Source: an uncultured delta proteobacterium
GTDB taxonomy: Bacteria; Desulfobacterota; Desulfobulbia; Desulfobulbales; Desulfocapsaceae
Length of the DNA stretch: 64,000 nucleotides
Reading direction: 5' to 3'
Assembly: GCA_963718195.1 (NCBI GenBank)
Contig: CAVQYQ010000004.1
Location: forward strand, 94,048 to 158,047
Made by a program: the position numbers and the translations under genes. The notes below the pieces were generated by a model. That model was not told the origin of the DNA, did no database searches, and saw only the letters and a list, made by a program, of their open reading frames with translations. This document shows, piece after piece, positions 8,007 through 17,512 of the stretch (its first letter is position 1; the number at the start of each line of letters is the position of its first letter).

Positions 8007-8480
8007 ATGGAACGACATAACCAGCCAATTACAGTCGTTGGGGTCCCTCTCAAGGGGATTATCACAACACTCGTTTTCCTGACGCTACTATTTGCTGTGT
8101 TCGATCCTTTTGATTTTCAATCGACCATCAGTGACATGGTCTCCTCTTCTCAGGAAAAGGAGCAAGATGCAGATCAATCCAGGCAGGAAAACAGTATCGT
8201 AGCGACTCCGGAGATGATTTCAAAGGCCGCAAATGAGATCAGGGCAGAGAAGATAGCCGATTACGAACAAACTGAAAACGTTTCTCCGACGGATCAGTTC
8301 TTCTATATCGTTGAACTTTCAAATGGAGGGGATATCGAGGCTTCAGATGTTACCATTGAACCGGATAGAGTGACGATTGTTTCACAAAGCGGCATTGAGA
8401 CAATCATCCCGCGGACCACGATCAAAAATATTCGTCGCTACAAGCTTCCAGACCAGCCACAGCCACAATCCTCACCATAA
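8007..8480 (+). CDS. Hypothetical membrane-anchored protein
   Basis: 157-aa ORF with one N-terminal TM segment (GIITTLVFLTLLFAVF) and an acidic/polar remainder. I do not recognise a family. Confidence 0.4.
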   Translation: MERHNQPITVVGVPLKGIITTLVFLTLLFAVFDPFDFQSTISDMVSSSQEKEQDADQSRQENSIVATPEMISKAANEIRAEKIADYEQTENVSPTDQFFYIVELSNGGDIEASDVTIEPDRVTIVSQSGIETIIPRTTIKNIRRYKLPDQPQPQSSP

Positions 8481-8695
8481 AGCACCGTAGCCAGGGACCC
8501 CATATCTTCTTCTTGTCTATTTCGATATATCATTGGCCTTGTTAAGGCTTCAATAGTTCGAGTCCTGGGAATTTAAATCATCAGGGTATCACCCTGCCGT
8601 TTCAATCGTACCATGCAGATGTCATAGTCATTTTCTGTAGCTATAACCACACTGCTGTGATAGAGTCACCGCCTCTCAATAAGCGGTTACTTTTT

Positions 8696-8730
8696 GAGCC
8701 ACTTGCAAAATGCCCTTTTGCAAAAGACTC
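8696..8730. repeat. Short palindromic member of the GAGCCnnTTGCAAAA repeat family
   Basis: GAGCCACTTGCAAAATG CCC TTTTGCAAAAGACTC. The two arms are inverted repeats. 21 nt are identical to 56321..56341, and it is near-identical to the reverse complement of 15929..15954. Confidence 0.7.
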
Positions 8731-9666
8731 TTTTGTTTAGCCTTTTTCTGTTACTTTTTCTGGAGCCCACTCTTGCCGCTGGATCTTAAAAAATGGCTTC
8801 CCGCCCTGAGCCTCACAACAGCAATGGTTCTCTGGGCAAGCTCATTTATTGCCCTGAAGCTTGCTTTTCAGGGTTACTCCCCGATGGTCGTTATCTGGGG
8901 ACGTATGGTGATCGGCAGCCTCTGCTTTGTCTTTTTCTATAACCAGCTGCGCTCGGTGTCATTCAGGCGTACCGACCTGAAGTATCTGTTTTTCATGGGG
9001 ATCTGTGAACCATGTATCTATTTCATCTTCGAGGCCAAAGCGCTCGAGTTGACCACCGCTTCCCAGGCGGGTCTGATTACCTCCATGTTCCCCCTGATGG
9101 TTGCGCTTGGCGCCTATTTGGTCCTCAAGGAAACAATCACGCGACGAACGCTTCTCGGTTTCTCCATAGCAATCAGCGGTGCCTGCTGGCTCAGTTTAGG
9201 CGGAGAAACGTCTGCAAGTGCACCAAATCCGCCACTGGGCAATTTTCTGGAATTTCTGGCGATGGTTGCAGCAACCGGTTACACCCTGTCGTTAAAACAC
9301 CTGACTGCACGCTATTCCCCGATCTTTCTCACTGCCTTCCAGTCGTGGATCGGCGCGATCTTCTTTTCTTTTTTCCTGCTATCTCCTGAAACAAACATAC
9401 CAACCAAATTCCCACTTACTCCGACACTGGCGGTTATCTACCTGGGCAGTTTTGTCACGCTGGGAGCGTACCTGCTCTACAATTTTGGTGTCAGCAGGAT
9501 ACCGGCTAACAAGGCGTCAGCTTATGTCAACCTTATCCCGGTTTTTACAGTAATCATGGGCTTTTTTATTCTCGGAGAAACCTTCACCGTCACCCAGTAT
9601 TGCGCTTCGACACTGGTCCTTTTGGGTGTCTATATCAGCCAGCGCAAACCCCGAGAGCTGGACTGA
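8710..9666 (+). CDS. DMT-superfamily (EamA-type) transporter
   Basis: About 10 TM segments in a two-EamA-repeat architecture. The start codon is uncertain because the first 21 nt lie inside the repeat element at 8696..8730. Confidence 0.8.
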   Translation: MPFCKRLFCLAFFCYFFWSPLLPLDLKKWLPALSLTTAMVLWASSFIALKLAFQGYSPMVVIWGRMVIGSLCFVFFYNQLRSVSFRRTDLKYLFFMGICEPCIYFIFEAKALELTTASQAGLITSMFPLMVALGAYLVLKETITRRTLLGFSIAISGACWLSLGGETSASAPNPPLGNFLEFLAMVAATGYTLSLKHLTARYSPIFLTAFQSWIGAIFFSFFLLSPETNIPTKFPLTPTLAVIYLGSFVTLGAYLLYNFGVSRIPANKASAYVNLIPVFTVIMGFFILGETFTVTQYCASTLVLLGVYISQRKPRELD

Positions 9667-9678
9667 AACAGGTCTGGC

Positions 9679-10242
9679 TCAATAGTCAATACCCGGTTGA
9701 GGCTCTATATCCTTGCGGTAGGCATGTTTTATTTCCTTCACTTCGCTGACCGTGTCAGCCCGCTCAACAACCTGTGAGTGAGCGTCTCTGCCGGTGATCA
9801 CCAGGTGCAGCTGCTCAGGCTTCTTATCGAGTATTGACATTACCTGATCAATATCCACCAGTTTCAGATGAAGCGCATTGTTGAGCTCATCAAGGACCAG
9901 GAGATCAAAAGCAGACGATTCCATTTTCTGGTGAACAAGTTGTATCGCATCCTGGGCATTTTGCCGATGTTCAGCATGCGAATATGGATTTCCCTGAATA
10001 CCGCAAAAGCCCTTGCCGGTTGAGGTAAAATCGACCTGGCCTCCGAGCAATTTAACCCCATCCCATTCCCCCGAATAGAGATCGCCTTTCATAAACTGGA
10101 TCACACAGATTTTCATGCCATGCCCGGCGGCCCGTAACACCATGCCCATGGCACTCGTTGTCTTGCCTTTTCCATAGCCGGTCATGACAACGACAAGTCC
10201 CCGTTTTTCTTTTGGCTCAAGTTTGCTGATCTCCATTCTCAC
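9679..10242 (-). CDS. cobO: Cob(I)yrinic acid a,c-diamide / cob(I)alamin adenosyltransferase
   Basis: 187 aa with P-loop GYGKGKTTSAMG and the typical CobO/BtuR length and C-terminal KHAY...G(I)DY. Confidence 0.85.
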   Translation of the reverse strand: MRMEISKLEPKEKRGLVVVMTGYGKGKTTSAMGMVLRAAGHGMKICVIQFMKGDLYSGEWDGVKLLGGQVDFTSTGKGFCGIQGNPYSHAEHRQNAQDAIQLVHQKMESSAFDLLVLDELNNALHLKLVDIDQVMSILDKKPEQLHLVITGRDAHSQVVERADTVSEVKEIKHAYRKDIEPQPGIDY

Positions 10243-10260
10243 CCCCTGCTCAATGCTGAT

Positions 10261-10746
10261 TTATCCTCGCGCCTGAAGTTTACCGATCGCCGTTCCGTAA
10301 GCAATCGCCTCAACGCTGCCAACATTATTTTTCTGGTTGGCGCGGGCACCGATAGCTGCTGTTTCCAGGCGCACATTAACCACTCGTTCATAGCCCCGAA
10401 TTGCGGCGGTCTCTTTCATTCTCAAAATCGCTTCCCGCCTGGAGCGCTCGACCAGGGATTCATAAGAGGCGACTCGTCCCCCAAAGATGTTGCGAATAAC
10501 GGCGAGTATTCTTTTAAAGTAATCTATGGAGATAACCACACTGCCGGTTACCAGTTCTGCTCCCTGGCATAGGCGTGATTCAACATCCTCTTCAGCGGTA
10601 ACTGCCACGATATGGGCGAATTGCTGTTCCCTGGCCCGTAGAGAACGATAGTGGCGCTTTTCATTGAATGTGCCTGCCCCATAACCAAGACAGAGCAGAA
10701 ATAAAAAGATGATTATTCCTGAATAATCAAAACCAGCCGTCATCAT
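10261..10746 (-). CDS. YbjQ/UPF0145-family protein with N-terminal TM anchor
   Basis: N-terminal hydrophobic segment IIIFLFLLCLGYGAG, then a YbjQ-like domain (GSVVISIDYFKRILAVIRNIFGGR...GYERVVNVRLETA...AIAYGTAI). Confidence 0.65.
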   Translation of the reverse strand: MMTAGFDYSGIIIFLFLLCLGYGAGTFNEKRHYRSLRAREQQFAHIVAVTAEEDVESRLCQGAELVTGSVVISIDYFKRILAVIRNIFGGRVASYESLVERSRREAILRMKETAAIRGYERVVNVRLETAAIGARANQKNNVGSVEAIAYGTAIGKLQARG

Positions 10747-11061
10747 CTAATCAACCCTGACCGCAGTTCCATAAACAAACAATTCCGCCGCACCCTGTGC
10801 AACTGAAGAGGTGGCAAAACGGATGTTGACAACTGCATTTGCTCCCATTTCACGGGCCTGTTCACCCATACGTTCCATTGCCTCCTCACGCGAGTCTTGC
10901 AGAAGCTCGGTATACCCCTGAAGTTCTCCCCCCACAAGATTCTTCAATGATGCCATAACGTCCCGGCCGATATGTTTTGCCCTGACTGTACTTCCCTGGA
11001 CAATGCCATAATGCTCGGTAATCTCTTTACCGGGCACAATTCCAATATTTGTAAAAATCAT
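10747..11061 (-). CDS. YbjQ/UPF0145-family protein
   Basis: 104 aa, full-length YbjQ pattern (GIVQGSTVRAKHIGRDVMASLKNLVGGE...GANAVVNIRF...VYGTAVRV). Its stop abuts the start of 10261..10746. Confidence 0.8.
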   Translation of the reverse strand: MIFTNIGIVPGKEITEHYGIVQGSTVRAKHIGRDVMASLKNLVGGELQGYTELLQDSREEAMERMGEQAREMGANAVVNIRFATSSVAQGAAELFVYGTAVRVD

Positions 11062-11214
11062 TCTTTTTCCTCACATCTAAACGGGTAATCACTGCCGATT
11101 CTAATGAACGATGATCGCACCTCTGTATTCGACAACTTATATATCCACCTGGCCATATTGTCAAAATGCATATACTTGTGTATGACATGATCTATTTATT
11201 TCTGTGAGAAAGGC

Positions 11215-12015
11215 ATGAAACTCTATTCCCGCATAATTGGCACCGGTAAACCGCTCATTATTCTGCATGGCCTGTTCGGCATGTCGGACAATTGGATAAC
11301 CATCGGCAATGCCCTGGCGGGACATGGTTTTCGTGTTCACCTTGTTGACCTGAGAAACCATGGAAGATCCCCGCACACACAGAGCCACCGATACCCCGAC
11401 ATGTGTGAGGATCTGCTGAATTATTTTGACCAGCAGAGATTGGACAGCGCAGCCGTTATCGGGCACTCAATGGGCGGTAAACTGGCAATGGTGTTTGGTC
11501 TGCTTGAACCGGAAAGAATCAGCAATCTGGTTATCGTGGATATCGCTCCCTCCGATTATCGATCATCCCGGAACAATCACCACCGTGACATCATCGACTC
11601 CCTCCATCAGATTGATCTGAACCATCACAAAAGCAGGGGGTCCATACGTGAAGAGCTCGTCCAGCGGCTCGGTGATCAGCTGCTGGCAATGTTTCTTGCC
11701 AAAAGCATAGCCAAAGACAAAGAGTCAAAAACTTTTAAATGGAAGTTCAATCTGGCAGTGCTGGAAAAATTTCTCCAGCACATCTATATCGGCCTTGAGG
11801 AGCTCTCTATCTATGCGCCCTGTCCGGTACCAACACTTTTTGTAAAGGGTAGCAATTCATCATATTACCGCGACAAACATGAAGCGGACAGACAGTTTTT
11901 CTTCCCTGACTCCGATGTTGTAACCATAGATAACGCCGGTCACTGGCTGCACAGTGATCAACCGGAACAATTTATTGAAATCGTTGTCCGGTTTCTTTGC
12001 CGACACAAAGATTAG
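11215..12015 (+). CDS. Alpha/beta-fold hydrolase (esterase YbfF-like)
   Basis: Nucleophile elbow GHSMGG, HGLFG oxyanion region, and C-terminal His in NAGHWLH. Confidence 0.8.
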   Translation: MKLYSRIIGTGKPLIILHGLFGMSDNWITIGNALAGHGFRVHLVDLRNHGRSPHTQSHRYPDMCEDLLNYFDQQRLDSAAVIGHSMGGKLAMVFGLLEPERISNLVIVDIAPSDYRSSRNNHHRDIIDSLHQIDLNHHKSRGSIREELVQRLGDQLLAMFLAKSIAKDKESKTFKWKFNLAVLEKFLQHIYIGLEELSIYAPCPVPTLFVKGSNSSYYRDKHEADRQFFFPDSDVVTIDNAGHWLHSDQPEQFIEIVVRFLCRHKD

Positions 12016-12390
12016 TTACAAAAGATTGCTGGCAACGTTTCGACCATAAACGTTTTCCGGTAATATCGTCAGCGCAGTTCAGCCGGTTATTCGTTTTGAT
12101 TTATCGTTTTAATACCTGCGATCGACAAAGATCTCTGAGAGAAGATTCTTCCTGTCACCTTGTTGCATCATGCGGCTGTACCACTGTTCTGGCAAGATGG
12201 TATGCACAATCACACACGATCAGGAGGTATTACCTGCACCGATGTATCTCTTTTTCGGTTGATTTCTTTTTTTTCGTCACAATTATGTGCTTATCGAGAA
12301 TCGTTGTTATTTTCTTGTTGCATACGCAAATCATTTCAATAAACAGATAAACCGCAATTAGCGAACGTCCTACAGTAAAGGAGAGTAATC

Positions 12391-13944
12391 ATGCGGATCG
12401 GGGTGCCAAAAGAAACTCGCCAAGGCGAGCATCGTGTCGCAACAACGCCAGAAGCAGCCGTGCTGCTGCAGAAGCTTGGCTACCAGATAGCTATAGAATC
12501 AGGAGCCGGGACAGCTGCAAAATTCACCGACGACAATTACCGCGATGCAGAAGTGGCGATCGTAGATGACGTCACATCACTTTATGAAAAGAGCGATATC
12601 ATTCTCAAGGTCAGAGCTCCGGAAATCGATACTGCTGGTGGCGTTAACGAAACTGAGCTGCTGCGCGAAGGCCAGACCCTTATCAGTTTTATTCAGCCGG
12701 GACAGAATGAAGAATTGATGGGGGAGCTGGCAGCAAAGAACGTATCAGTTCTCGCCATGGACTCCATCCCTCGAATATCAAGAGCCCAGAAAATGGACGC
12801 CTTGAGTTCAATGGCCAACATCGCCGGTTATCGTGCCGTCATCGAAGCTGCCCAGCATTTTGGCAGATTCTTTACCGGCCAGATTACCGCTGCAGGGAAA
12901 ATACCGCCGGCCAAGGTGTTAGTGATCGGGGCAGGGGTTGCGGGTCTATCAGCCATTGGTGCAGCCAAGAGCATGGGGGCAATCGTCCGCTCGTTCGACA
13001 CGCGTCCCGAGGTGAAGGAACAGGTTGAATCGATGGACGCAGAGTTCCTGCTGCTCGATTTTGCCGATGAGGACGGCAGTGGTGAGGGCGGCTACGCCAA
13101 GGTGATGAGCGATGAGTTTATCAAAGCGGAGATGGCCCTGTTTGCCGAGCAGGCAAAAGAAGTTGATATCATCATTACCACTGCACTGATTCCCGGAAGA
13201 CCGGCTCCCGAGTTGATCATGGAGGATATGGTAAAGAGCATGAAAGAAGGCAGTGTCATTGTTGATCTGGCGGCAGAGATGGGTGGCAACTGCAAACTCA
13301 GTGAGGCGGACAAGGTAGTCGTCAAACACGGAGTTACCATCATCGGTTATACCGACTTGCCGTCACGGCTTGCTACCCAGTCCAGCCAGCTTTATGCCAC
13401 AAACCTCCGTCACTTGCTGACTGAGCTGACTCCAGATAAGAATGGTGAGCTGGTGATCAATATGGAGGATGAAATTATCCGCGGGGCTACCGTCATCAAC
13501 AAAGGAGAAATAACCTGGCCACCGCCGCCGCCGAAACTCTCAGCGGCTCCCGCCAAAAAACCACCTGCACCAATCATCGAAAAGGCCGAACCTGAAAAGA
13601 AGAGTGCTCTGGGAACGCTCATTGCCGTCGGAGTCGGCGCCCTTGCCCTCCTTGGGATGGGAAGTGTTGCCCCCCCTGAGTTCATGTCTCACTTCACGGT
13701 TTTTGTTCTGGCCTGTGTCATCGGCTACATGGTTATCTGGAATGTAACTCCAGCGCTGCACACGCCGTTGATGAGCGTGACCAATGCTATCAGTTCCATC
13801 ATTATCATTGGTGCACTCCTCCAGATATCATCGGATAGAGGTTTTATTATCTTTCTTGCCGGTATTTCAGTCCTGATCACCAGCATCAACATCTTCGGTG
13901 GATTTGCAGTAACTGCGCGAATGCTCTCGATGTTCAGAAAATAG
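12391..13944 (+). CDS. pntA: NAD(P) transhydrogenase subunit alpha
   Basis: 517 aa with an alanine-dehydrogenase/PNT N-terminal domain, a VIGAGVAGL Rossmann motif and C-terminal TM helices. AAGGAG RBS. Confidence 0.95.
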   Translation: MRIGVPKETRQGEHRVATTPEAAVLLQKLGYQIAIESGAGTAAKFTDDNYRDAEVAIVDDVTSLYEKSDIILKVRAPEIDTAGGVNETELLREGQTLISFIQPGQNEELMGELAAKNVSVLAMDSIPRISRAQKMDALSSMANIAGYRAVIEAAQHFGRFFTGQITAAGKIPPAKVLVIGAGVAGLSAIGAAKSMGAIVRSFDTRPEVKEQVESMDAEFLLLDFADEDGSGEGGYAKVMSDEFIKAEMALFAEQAKEVDIIITTALIPGRPAPELIMEDMVKSMKEGSVIVDLAAEMGGNCKLSEADKVVVKHGVTIIGYTDLPSRLATQSSQLYATNLRHLLTELTPDKNGELVINMEDEIIRGATVINKGEITWPPPPPKLSAAPAKKPPAPIIEKAEPEKKSALGTLIAVGVGALALLGMGSVAPPEFMSHFTVFVLACVIGYMVIWNVTPALHTPLMSVTNAISSIIIIGALLQISSDRGFIIFLAGISVLITSINIFGGFAVTARMLSMFRK

Positions 13945-13954
13945 GAGAAATCAG

Positions 13955-15352
13955 ATGTCACAGGGTATCGTTACAGCATCATATATCGGCGCAACCATCC
14001 TGTTCATCCTTGCGCTGGGGGGCCTGAGCAACCAGGAAAGTGCCAGGCGTGGAAACCTCTATGGTATGCTCGGAATGGCGCTGGCATTGCTGGCAACCTT
14101 AATCGGTATTGTTTCGGACAACTATCTTATCCTCATTCTCGGTCTTCTCGTTGGAGGAACAATTGGGCTGATCCTTGCAAAAAAGGTGGAGATGACCCAG
14201 ATGCCGGAGCTGGTTGCAATACTGCACAGTCTGGTCGGACTGGCTGCGGTGATTGTTGGTTTCGCCAACTTTATGGACCACACGGTTGTCATGACAGGCG
14301 TTGACAAAACAATCCACGATGTGGAAACATATCTCGGCATCCTGATCGGGGGGTTGACGTTTTCCGGTTCCATTGTTGCATTTCTCAAGCTCAGTGCCAA
14401 GATCAGCGGCAAGCCGCTGCTGCTACCGGCTCGCCACTGGCTCAATCTTGGTTTACTGGTATTGAGTATCTTGCTCTGTTTTGCATTTATCAATCAGTCT
14501 GCTGCAGGAGGAGGTACGCTCCCGCTTCTCCTGATGACCCTCATTTCACTTGCCTTCGGTGTCCACATGGTGATGGCAATTGGCGGAGCAGACATGCCGG
14601 TCGTTGTCTCCATGCTCAACAGCTACTCGGGATGGGCGGCTGCTGCCACCGGTTTTATGCTGAGCAACAACCTGCTGATCGTTGTCGGCGCCCTGGTAGG
14701 TAGTAGTGGTGCAATTCTCAGTTTCATCATGTGCCGCGCAATGAACAGAAAATTCATTGCTGTTATTGCAGGGGGATTTGGTACATCTGGAGGTGAAACC
14801 GTAGCCGGTGCGGAAGGGGAGGAAGGTGAAATCATCGCAGTTGAAGCAATGGAAGTCGCAGACCTACTCCTTGATGCCAAAGAAGTTATGATCATTCCGG
14901 GATACGGCATGGCTGTCGCCCAGGCTCAACACACGGTGAATGATATAACCCGCAAGCTGCGAGAAAAAAAGATCAATGTCCGGTTTGGTATCCATCCGGT
15001 TGCCGGTCGCATGCCCGGGCACATGAACGTATTGCTCGCGGAAGCCAAAGTCCCTTACGATATCGTCTTTGAACTCGACGAGATTAACGACGACTTCCCG
15101 AACGTCGATGTATCAATTGTGATCGGGGCAAATGATATCGTCAATCCCGCGGCCCAGGAAGTTCCTGACAGTCCAATAGCCGGGATGCCTGTGCTTGAAT
15201 GCTGGAAAGGAAACACCACTGTTGTCCTGAAACGCTCCATGGCCACCGGTTACGCTGGCGTCTCAAACCCGCTTTTCTACAAGGAAAACACAAGAATGTT
15301 ATTTGGTGATGCCAGGGACAGTCTGGAAGCGGTGCTGAAACAGCTCCAATAA
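13955..15352 (+). CDS. pntB: NAD(P) transhydrogenase subunit beta
   Basis: 465 aa with an N-terminal TM bundle and a C-terminal NADP(H) domain ([20 protein letters not shown]). Confidence 0.95.
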   Translation: MSQGIVTASYIGATILFILALGGLSNQESARRGNLYGMLGMALALLATLIGIVSDNYLILILGLLVGGTIGLILAKKVEMTQMPELVAILHSLVGLAAVIVGFANFMDHTVVMTGVDKTIHDVETYLGILIGGLTFSGSIVAFLKLSAKISGKPLLLPARHWLNLGLLVLSILLCFAFINQSAAGGGTLPLLLMTLISLAFGVHMVMAIGGADMPVVVSMLNSYSGWAAAATGFMLSNNLLIVVGALVGSSGAILSFIMCRAMNRKFIAVIAGGFGTSGGETVAGAEGEEGEIIAVEAMEVADLLLDAKEVMIIPGYGMAVAQAQHTVNDITRKLREKKINVRFGIHPVAGRMPGHMNVLLAEAKVPYDIVFELDEINDDFPNVDVSIVIGANDIVNPAAQEVPDSPIAGMPVLECWKGNTTVVLKRSMATGYAGVSNPLFYKENTRMLFGDARDSLEAVLKQLQ

Positions 15353-15395
15353 GCCAGCTGCGAGCAGAATGGAACTGGCCATGAGCAGTTATAAA

Positions 15396-15437
15396 CTCAT
15401 TGCTGCCTGGGCTCTATAAAGCTGAGGCAGCAATGAG
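15396..15437. terminator. Hairpin between convergent pntB and PilZ genes (possible bidirectional terminator)
   Basis: 13-bp perfect stem CTCATTGCTGCCT / AGGCAGCAATGAG with a 16-nt loop. TTTATAA follows on the minus strand. There is no clear T-tract on the plus strand. Confidence 0.45.
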
Positions 15438-15452
15438 TAACATCGCGTTGCC

Positions 15453-15776
15453 TTATTTTTGCGACACCTGGTGAAATGGGAATTGTGAAAAGACAGGCCA
15501 CCACTCTAGGGGTTTGTGGAAGCTCAAGGCGACGCCATCATGGTCTGTCCTCTCTACTCGTGCCGCGACCTTAATAATCAGCTCACTCTCGTTCCCAAGC
15601 AGTACTATTTCCAGGCTTACCTCATCGCCAACACTCAGTTGGGATTGACAAATGAGGTAAATTGCGTCGATGCTGACGTCCCGGACAATACCTTTGCTGA
15701 TGCCCTTCTTGCCCGATTTAATAAACGCATGAGCCGAATAGTTTATCCTTGTTCTCGACCGTAGTGATGTATCCAT
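15453..15776 (-). CDS. PilZ-domain protein
   Basis: 107 aa with an RSRTR (RxxxR) motif followed by DVSIDA (a DxSxxG-like motif with Ala in place of Gly). Confidence 0.65.
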   Translation of the reverse strand: MDTSLRSRTRINYSAHAFIKSGKKGISKGIVRDVSIDAIYLICQSQLSVGDEVSLEIVLLGNESELIIKVAARVERTDHDGVALSFHKPLEWWPVFSQFPFHQVSQK

Positions 15777-15812
15777 GATTTCTCTTGCTCACCTGTTGGC
15801 TTAACGTTGTTT

Positions 15813-15954
15813 GAGCCTTTTGCAAAATGATGATTTTCGTTCAACGTCAAACCATGTGAAAAATTTTTACCGCAGGCATATAATTGATATTCCGAGGATA
15901 AAAATTTAAGCATAACGTAGAGATTGAGCGAAAAGGGCGTTTTGCAAGTGGCTC
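15813..15954. mobile_element. MITE-like 142-bp element with imperfect terminal inverted repeats
   Basis: The left end is GAGCCTTTTGCAAAATG. The right end is CGTTTTGCAAGTGGCTC, whose reverse complement is GAGCCACTTGCAAAACG, giving 14 of 17 matches. The AT-rich interior has no ORF of its own, and each end recurs elsewhere in the window. Confidence 0.5.
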
Positions 15955-16012
15955 TGTTTGTCATACCGGTTCGTTCTTTGATCATCAAAACCGGCACAGT
16001 GTACTGTACTGA

Positions 16013-16429
16013 TCAGCGAAACGCCTTTTTCACTCCCACCTGCTGACCATTGATATTCTGGACAATAAATCGTCTCCTGCTTACCAATTGTGGATTCCAG
16101 CTACATTTCAATGAGACTTCCTGCCCGACAGAGAGGAAACTCGACGAAACACCAGCTGGAATTTCCAAGCCCGCGCCGTAGTAGGACAAATCTTTCAGGT
16201 TAACCTCTAATTCATTACCCGCTCTAGTGGTCAGAATGATTTTCCCGCTCTGGTAAATCCGTTTATCGGTGCGACGGTTGAACACACACCGTGTGCTCTG
16301 GCCGCACTTGAAACATTTTATGCTTTTTCTGCGCAGGTCGTTAACAAAAAAGTTTCTCCTGCCACCACAAGAGGGACACTTGAATTGAAAACGCCTGTTA
16401 ATGACTCTGAATTCTTTAGTCTTTCCCAC
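16013..16429 (-). CDS. Zinc-ribbon + PilZ-domain protein
   Basis: N-terminal CPSCGG...CFKCGQ (a 4-Cys ribbon), then canonical PilZ motifs RRTDKR (RxxxR) and DLSYYG (DxSxxG). Confidence 0.75.
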   Translation of the reverse strand: MGKTKEFRVINRRFQFKCPSCGGRRNFFVNDLRRKSIKCFKCGQSTRCVFNRRTDKRIYQSGKIILTTRAGNELEVNLKDLSYYGAGLEIPAGVSSSFLSVGQEVSLKCSWNPQLVSRRRFIVQNINGQQVGVKKAFR

Positions 16430-16875
16430 AACCGTTCAGTCCGGATCGTATGGTTACCATCTTAAAATATAATTATTCTTTAGTTTCATAAAGATACGTT
16501 TGAAATCAGACAGTGGTTGATAGCAGATCCTACATATCATTCACCACTGTTTATCACTGATCACATTCCCCACTCTTTTCCTTGTATCACATTGATAGGC
16601 CAATTGTCAGGTATGTAACGATTTTTTTCTCTTCTATCCTGAATATTTCACGGAAAACGTGGTGAAGGTTAGCTATGTATTGCTATCGCTGAAAGCCACG
16701 CGGGATAGCGGGTCATATCGACTCGCCTCTGTTGTTATAAGAAATTGGTCAGATCCTGAAGCTATACTGCACACAACAGATCAGTTGAGGGTCGACCCAT
16801 AGTGCCTTCACTGCATTGCCAGCAGCCTGGCTGACAGGTTCCCATTACACCTAATCTCAGCAAGAGGAGGACTCC

Positions 16876-17454
16876 ATGACGGATCGCATCTATCTCTCGA
16901 CACAATCACAAACACTCCTGGTAAAACACGGGGCGGCAGCTCCGGCTATCACTGCCAGATACTTGATGGAATCGATTATTCCGGACAATAACAATCTTGA
17001 AATTGAAATAAACCGCTGTTTCAATCATGAGCAGAACCGTTTTAATACCTTCGGGTCCGTGCGTCTGGAGATCCTGTTTTATGAAAAAAATTCTTTTGAA
17101 TGGGACCGGGAGCAAATAACCTTGTATGGCGTTGCCGAAAACATTTATTTCCAGTTACAATCTTTCACCATCTTCTGCGACACACGCTGGTTTGAGGGTA
17201 ACAACTATCACGCTGAAAACAACTATTTCGGCTCGATCATTATAGATTTATCCGACTCGTCACCTGTCATTACCGGCTCATCTCTGGAACTGACCATCCG
17301 AACACCAGAAGGAATTGTTTCCGCTCGCAGCTCGATACTTTTACGATTTAATTCAGAACTAACCCCCAATCAATCACGCCCCGTCCCGGACACTCTTGTC
17401 TGTCAAAAGATCATTGAAAAAACGACAGGGCCCGGACAGGAGATGGAGATATGA
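16876..17454 (+). CDS. Hypothetical protein
   Basis: 192-aa ORF with a strong GAGGAGG RBS. I do not recognise a family. Confidence 0.5.
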   Translation: MTDRIYLSTQSQTLLVKHGAAAPAITARYLMESIIPDNNNLEIEINRCFNHEQNRFNTFGSVRLEILFYEKNSFEWDREQITLYGVAENIYFQLQSFTIFCDTRWFEGNNYHAENNYFGSIIIDLSDSSPVITGSSLELTIRTPEGIVSARSSILLRFNSELTPNQSRPVPDTLVCQKIIEKTTGPGQEMEI

Positions 17455-17512
17455 TACTCGAGGTTCTGCAGGCATGCAGAGGGCAATGATTCGTTTTCCA
17501 GATATCACGGAA

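Noticed and set aside
8693-8713. Reading the GAGCCACTTGCAAAATG repeat as a sigma54 promoter (GG-N10-GC, TGGCAC-N5-TTGCA)
   Set aside because: TTGCA is present, but the GGCAC-like part directly abuts it instead of being spaced by 5 nt, and the motif occurs in both orientations relative to nearby genes.
12949-15246. Antisense ORFs within pntA and pntB (for example 12949..13329, 13410..13685, 14122..14493, 14623..14910)
   Set aside because: They are embedded opposite highly conserved transhydrogenase coding sequence. Their Ser/Pro/Arg-rich translations are typical of antisense frames in GC-moderate genes.
15743-15997. The 84-aa ORF between the PilZ genes
   Set aside because: It spans the MITE-like element, has no RBS and has an implausible composition. 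It is most likely a by-product of the AT-rich insert.
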